DNA of 63,739 nt, filler included, from Phoronis australis (lineage: Eukaryota; Animalia; Phoronida): NCBI GenBank assembly GCA_002633005.1. It is 11 parts of 11 records of this genome, joined end to end, with 100 filler letters (N's around TTAATTAATTAA, not from the genome) between each part and the next. Parts side by side here need not be neighbours in the genome. Positions count along the whole stretch, not along the records: positions 55,424 to 61,671 come from NMRA01002191.1; positions 61,772 to 63,739 come from NMRA01000931.1; 9 more parts are not named here. One strand, 5' to 3'. The notes under the pieces are model-generated. The model did no database searches. It was not told the DNA's origin and was given only the letters and a program-made list of their open reading frames with translations. Made by a program: the position numbers and the translations under genes. Positions within the stretch are counted from its first letter, which is position 1; every line of letters starts with the position of its first letter. Positions 59,316 through 63,739 of the stretch are shown here, in pieces.

Positions 59316-59460
59316 CATGGGCGGCGCAGCACTGAAATAAGTGGGGGATTCTAGCCCCCCCCAGCCCCCAATGATGCGCCGCCTATGTGACCATGGGCGG
59401 TGCAGCACTGAAATAAGTGGGGCGTTATAGCTCCCAGCCCCCTAAGGTGCGCTGCCCATG
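59316..59460. mobile_element. Small dimeric MITE (CATGGGCGG termini), same family as 2497-2622
   Basis: Two units CATGGGCGG.GCAGCACTGAAATAAGTGGGG...GCC(T/C)ATG separated by TGAC. Flanks ATTAA/TTTAA. Confidence 0.65.
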
Positions 59461-60119
59461 TTTAAGTCTGCGTACGGCGGTCTTGTCAGGTCTGTCGTCG
59501 ACCGGTCTGTAATTTCGTATTTTTTTCTAGAAAACAGTTCTGATGACCACGTGGTTTTGTAACCATGAAATATAGACAATTCGAAGACACAATCAACAAA
59601 TACAACGGCTGCGAGAGAAAGCCTGAACTCGAAAATTTTAACTTATTCGTCGAGAATACTACTGTCATAGTCAGTGGTCATTGAAACGTAGAGCTGCATT
59701 GCCTGACTACTTTCTCAATTTAATTTTTTTTTCGTACGGCTAATTAAATATCGTTTATTTGGTAAAATGTTCTCATGTTTTAGGTTGCGCGTGTTTTGTA
59801 AATCAATGTGTTTAAGGATTAAATCTAAGTTACTTCAACCTTGGAATGAATGACCCTTAACGGATCCCCTAGACACTCAAATTTCAAGCCTCACCCTTCA
59901 ACGGCTAACTACGAGCCTACTTGACTTTTGAACGCTTGTCCAAAGTGGAAAGTTAATAGTAGAAGCAGAAAATATGACAGGTTTATTGTTTTACCTTGTG
60001 TAAAATTTTGCATCCCTTGACGTTGGGAAAAACGTTAGTTTGTTATCCTAAACTTTCATTAACTTATGAATTTCAAGAAAACAATTGCGTATTTGATGCA
60101 GGAGCCTATCCCTCAAAAC

Positions 60120-60420
60120 GGACACTGGAAGTAAATTTCTCTTTGTTTAAGTCGGGAAATCGAGGTGATCCGAATAATTACAAGGAATATCCTTATTAGA
60201 GGTAGCTGGGAAAATATTTCCAAAAGTTCTTTGCAATCACTTTTACAGGTGGTCAGAGTCAAATGACTTTATGCAGAACCAAATATGACACGTTTGACAA
60301 GATTGTTATTTGAAATAGTTTAATATATTAATATTTACCTAAATCCAGGGGTTTATTGTTTGTTCTTTGTTCGAGCATTGCAACAAGCATTTGATTGTGT
60401 GGGCAGGACTGGCTAAAAAT
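60120..60420 (+). mobile_element. Highly decayed non-LTR (CR1/L2-group) RT fragment
   Basis: LFKSGNRGDPNNY(R)GISL..GKIF.K, readable with frameshifts; later GCATTTGATTGTGT (AFD-V motif). Confidence 0.55.
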
Positions 60421-63400
60421 ATAAACCGGAAGTTTACGTTAACATGGACCTTAACCCAAATATTCCAGACTTATCTGTAGCGGCTCGTCGTAATAATTTG
60501 GATAACTTGGGGTGACGTAATCCGTATAGGCTTTGTCGTTTGTGCCGCAAAATTGTGGCGTAAGACTAATAAGTATAATTGATCATGGCCTGTGTTTTTT
60601 CGGGGCGTTGGTGCGGTATTATTTAGCTGAACATTCATCTGATTCGCGCAAAGATGATTCGGGATTTTTGTACTCAACTCGGTTGGGGGGCGGGAAGAAG
60701 GCTGGCGCTACTCGCACCAGTGCTCGTAATGTTCTCAGTTTCCCCATTGTCGGCAGCAAACACGAGAATGTCATCACAGTCCAGCTTGTTCTAAGTAGTG
60801 ATCAAAATCAATCTTTGGACTAGCAGATTTCCCCAACAAAAACTTCTGTTGCCATCAGAATATTGTTTGATGAATAAAATTTCCACGTCTTCTCGAGTCG
60901 ACGTCTTGGGAAGAGTAGCCTTGACATCAATTCAGACGGTTCAAGACTTAGCTTCACGTCACACGAAGGTTAGTTCAACTACTTAGGTATTACGAGGCAA
61001 GTTTGTAACTGCGTGCACTTGCAAGCCATCACGCGTTGCGATGAAGGTACACCGGTACTGGGTAATACACCTGCTACTTTCGATGTTTTGTCAACGTTAC
61101 GTAATGTGCCAGTATGAAAGATGCCTGCTGCTGGTGCTTAGTATCCGTACTTGTAGTTGTTACAAATTATCATGCAGGTCCCTGTGTTTGGTGGTCAATA
61201 ACTTTGGAACGTACTTAACAAGGCGGGAAATGATACCCAAAAGTGCTAAGGAAGACGGATTCTTTTTATCAACTTGTTGTGGCAGACAATGATAGTCCTT
61301 GACTGAGCAAGATCTTTGCATGCCTCATTTTCAACAACGTGACTGAAGAAGCCGCTTGTAAGATGCGACATGTCGCCACTGAGTTTGGATACAACCACTA
61401 GCGTGTTTGAAAGCACGTCTTAACTCAGTGTTTCGAAAAATGAGCTGAAAATCGAAACACGCTGAGTGAAAGCTGTTGCTGGGGGATTCGTGCCGGGTGA
61501 CACTGTTACAAGGTTGTTGCCATGGAGGGTAAAAACGCTAGGCGGGACGGGGACGAGCCTGGATAAAGTAATTTATTATGAACAACAAACAGAACTACAA
61601 ATGCAACCAACCAGTTGTAAAAGTGTTGCGGCATTTTGCACCGCCATGATGCCAATTACTTATAAGCGATGNNNNNNNNNNNNNNNNNNNNNNNNNNNNN
61701 NNNNNNNNNNNNNNNTTAATTAATTAANNNNNNNNNNNNNNNNNNNNNNNNNNNNNNNNNNNNNNNNNNNNAACTATTTATTTTCTGCTAGGGAATATTA
61801 TGGATTACTCACATGAATGTAAAATGGAAATCTGCACTTTATAATCCCTTGATACGTGTTCAAACTCTAGTGAAATCTTGATATTTAGAGTAAAAGCTCG
61901 AGATTTCGAGTTCAGACTAGAACTTATAGCTTTAATGCTGGGGACATCAAGTACAAAACATGGTTAGTACACAGTCATCCACGTACTGATCCATACTAGA
62001 ATCCAGTTCGGAATAATCTACAACTATTATAAGTTGGAATAGAGATAGAACAGAAGCGTTAAAACTAATATCGAGTTAGATTTCGAGTACAAAGATTATA
62101 ACGCGGACCAGCCAGTATCCCCCTCATTGTAATGCACGGGTCATTATGCAAGGGTCGTCAAATGGGTAAGATGATTAGATACACATTTTCTAACCTAAAG
62201 ATATCCGTCTTCATAGTTTGTTCACGTAGATATACCATTCCTTCCATCTTGGCAGCCAGCTGCAATATGAATTGATTGTTAATTTGGCATCACAAAATGG
62301 TTCAAACTAAGGGTAAGAAGGAAAAGCAATGGTAAAAACTAAAATAATTACACACCGTTTGACACAAAAACTGATAAGTTATTTCCCTTATATTTCACCT
62401 CTTATAATAAGCTTAATACCAAAATAGTTGGTTAAACAATACCTAGATACATATATAAAACACTAATACCACATCATCAGAAAGACATGTTCAATGCAAC
62501 AGTTGAATAACCCATTTAGTTATTCAACGTAAGTTGGATAACATTTTGGCGGGAACCCGTGGCCGGATTCGAACCGCTTTGGTAGACTGTCGACTTAACA
62601 GCTGCACCCTTCAGGAGCTGACTTCATCGTACGTGACGTTTGTACGCTGTGAAAAATAACACGCACAATTTCAATAAAAACGACATCTTCAAATCCGCAA
62701 AATTTATCTGTTATTTTGTCTCTTTTGTAAGTTAAAATGAGGGTAACATATTATCACTTACACCAAGAAACTGTGATGCAGAAAAAAAAGGGTCACTGAA
62801 GATGTGACCACCGCTTGACAAAAACGATGCAGAAATAAATTTCACTTGCCAAAATTCGGAGCACGTGACCACTGGTGATGTCATTCACTTGAAGCAAAAA
62901 GTGGTGACCAGGCGGTGTCTGCAGTTGTCCACTGAATACACACAGAAGTTAGTATTTGGAGAGGCGTTGCTCAACAATAAGCCCTTGCTTAATTTTGCCG
63001 ACGTCATCAGTTTCAGAGGTCACGTGCTCCTAGATGGTCACATGACCCTAACATGGTTAAATTTTTGCTGGCACATGACTTGGTCCTGCATGGTGTGAAC
63101 TATATCTGATGAGTTATTTATTTGCATGTATGGTTGTATGAGTATGATAAAGTGCCGACACATGTTTTAGTGTAACGTGAATTGAAACTACTGGTTTTCG
63201 ATTGTTATTAATTGGTCCTACCCATTGAAAAATGTTTAGGACTTTATTTTAGCAATTCCATAGAAAAACGTGTTTTCCATTCTGGTTTTCCATAGATCTG
63301 GTTTGTGTAAATTGTACCCTAATAAGAACTGTTATCTTTGTGATCTACACTCACATTTACTACATTTACTCAAAATCCTTTTGTATGCCAGCGTCTTCCC

Positions 63401-63739
63401 GTTTATCTTTTTTGGCCCCTGAGAGAATGCCCTGGATTTCGGTATCACCCTAAAACCTATCAAGACCTTGCAATCTCCCTCTGGTCACACTTCGGGTCGG
63501 AATAAACTAAAACAATTCACGTTTTGTGCTTCAAGGAAAGTGCCGCAAAACCACGTCATAAAGTGCGAATGCGCTTGGTGAATCACGAGTTATCTGCAGG
63601 TACTGCGAGTGATTTATTACAGCTGTGAGATTTTGCTGGAGATTTGCCAAGCAAAATACATTGTTTTAGAAGTTCACGAAACGACGATAAAAGTTGTGAT
63701 TTTGCTCGGTATGTTCAAATGATAATTAAAACGTACATG

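Noticed and set aside
62194-62260. Possible small minus-strand exon (LAAKMEGMVYLREQTMKTDIFR)
   Set aside because: Plausible splice sites but no recognisable homology or neighbouring exons.
62545-62615. tRNA gene on the minus strand (GGTTCGAATCC B-box)
   Set aside because: No cloverleaf and only a weak A-box; at most a decayed tRNA-derived SINE head.

Overview
Repeat-rich animal (invertebrate-type, intron-containing) genomic DNA, not prokaryotic. The window is 11 contig pieces joined by ten identical artificial 100-bp linkers (N44-TTAATTAATTAA-N44), so adjacency across linkers is not evidence of real linkage. Host-gene content: five spliced exons of a nicotinic acetylcholine receptor alpha subunit (alpha7/alpha9-10-like, minus strand, 36718-44858); single exons of an SLC6 transporter, a polycystin (PKD) channel and a Zn-dependent MDR dehydrogenase (threonine dehydrogenase-like); and a 5'-truncated, uninterrupted ORF of at least 312 codons (6361-7299, minus) whose C-terminal part looks like an AID/APOBEC/SNAD-type deaminase fold with altered catalytic motifs. 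That ORF is the best novelty candidate. Mobile elements dominate. There is a complete Mag-clade Ty3/Gypsy retrotransposon with identical 74-bp LTRs, PBS, PPT and a 5-bp TSD (13646-18275). There are also several TTAA-flanked Kolobok-type derivatives (one with a KolX/P2X7-ballast-like ORF inside the nAChR intron), decayed Academ-like copies, BEL/Pao and Penelope fragments, tandem Helitron-like units with internal satellites, many MITEs, and micro/minisatellites. All family assignments come from motif recognition by eye, with no database search.
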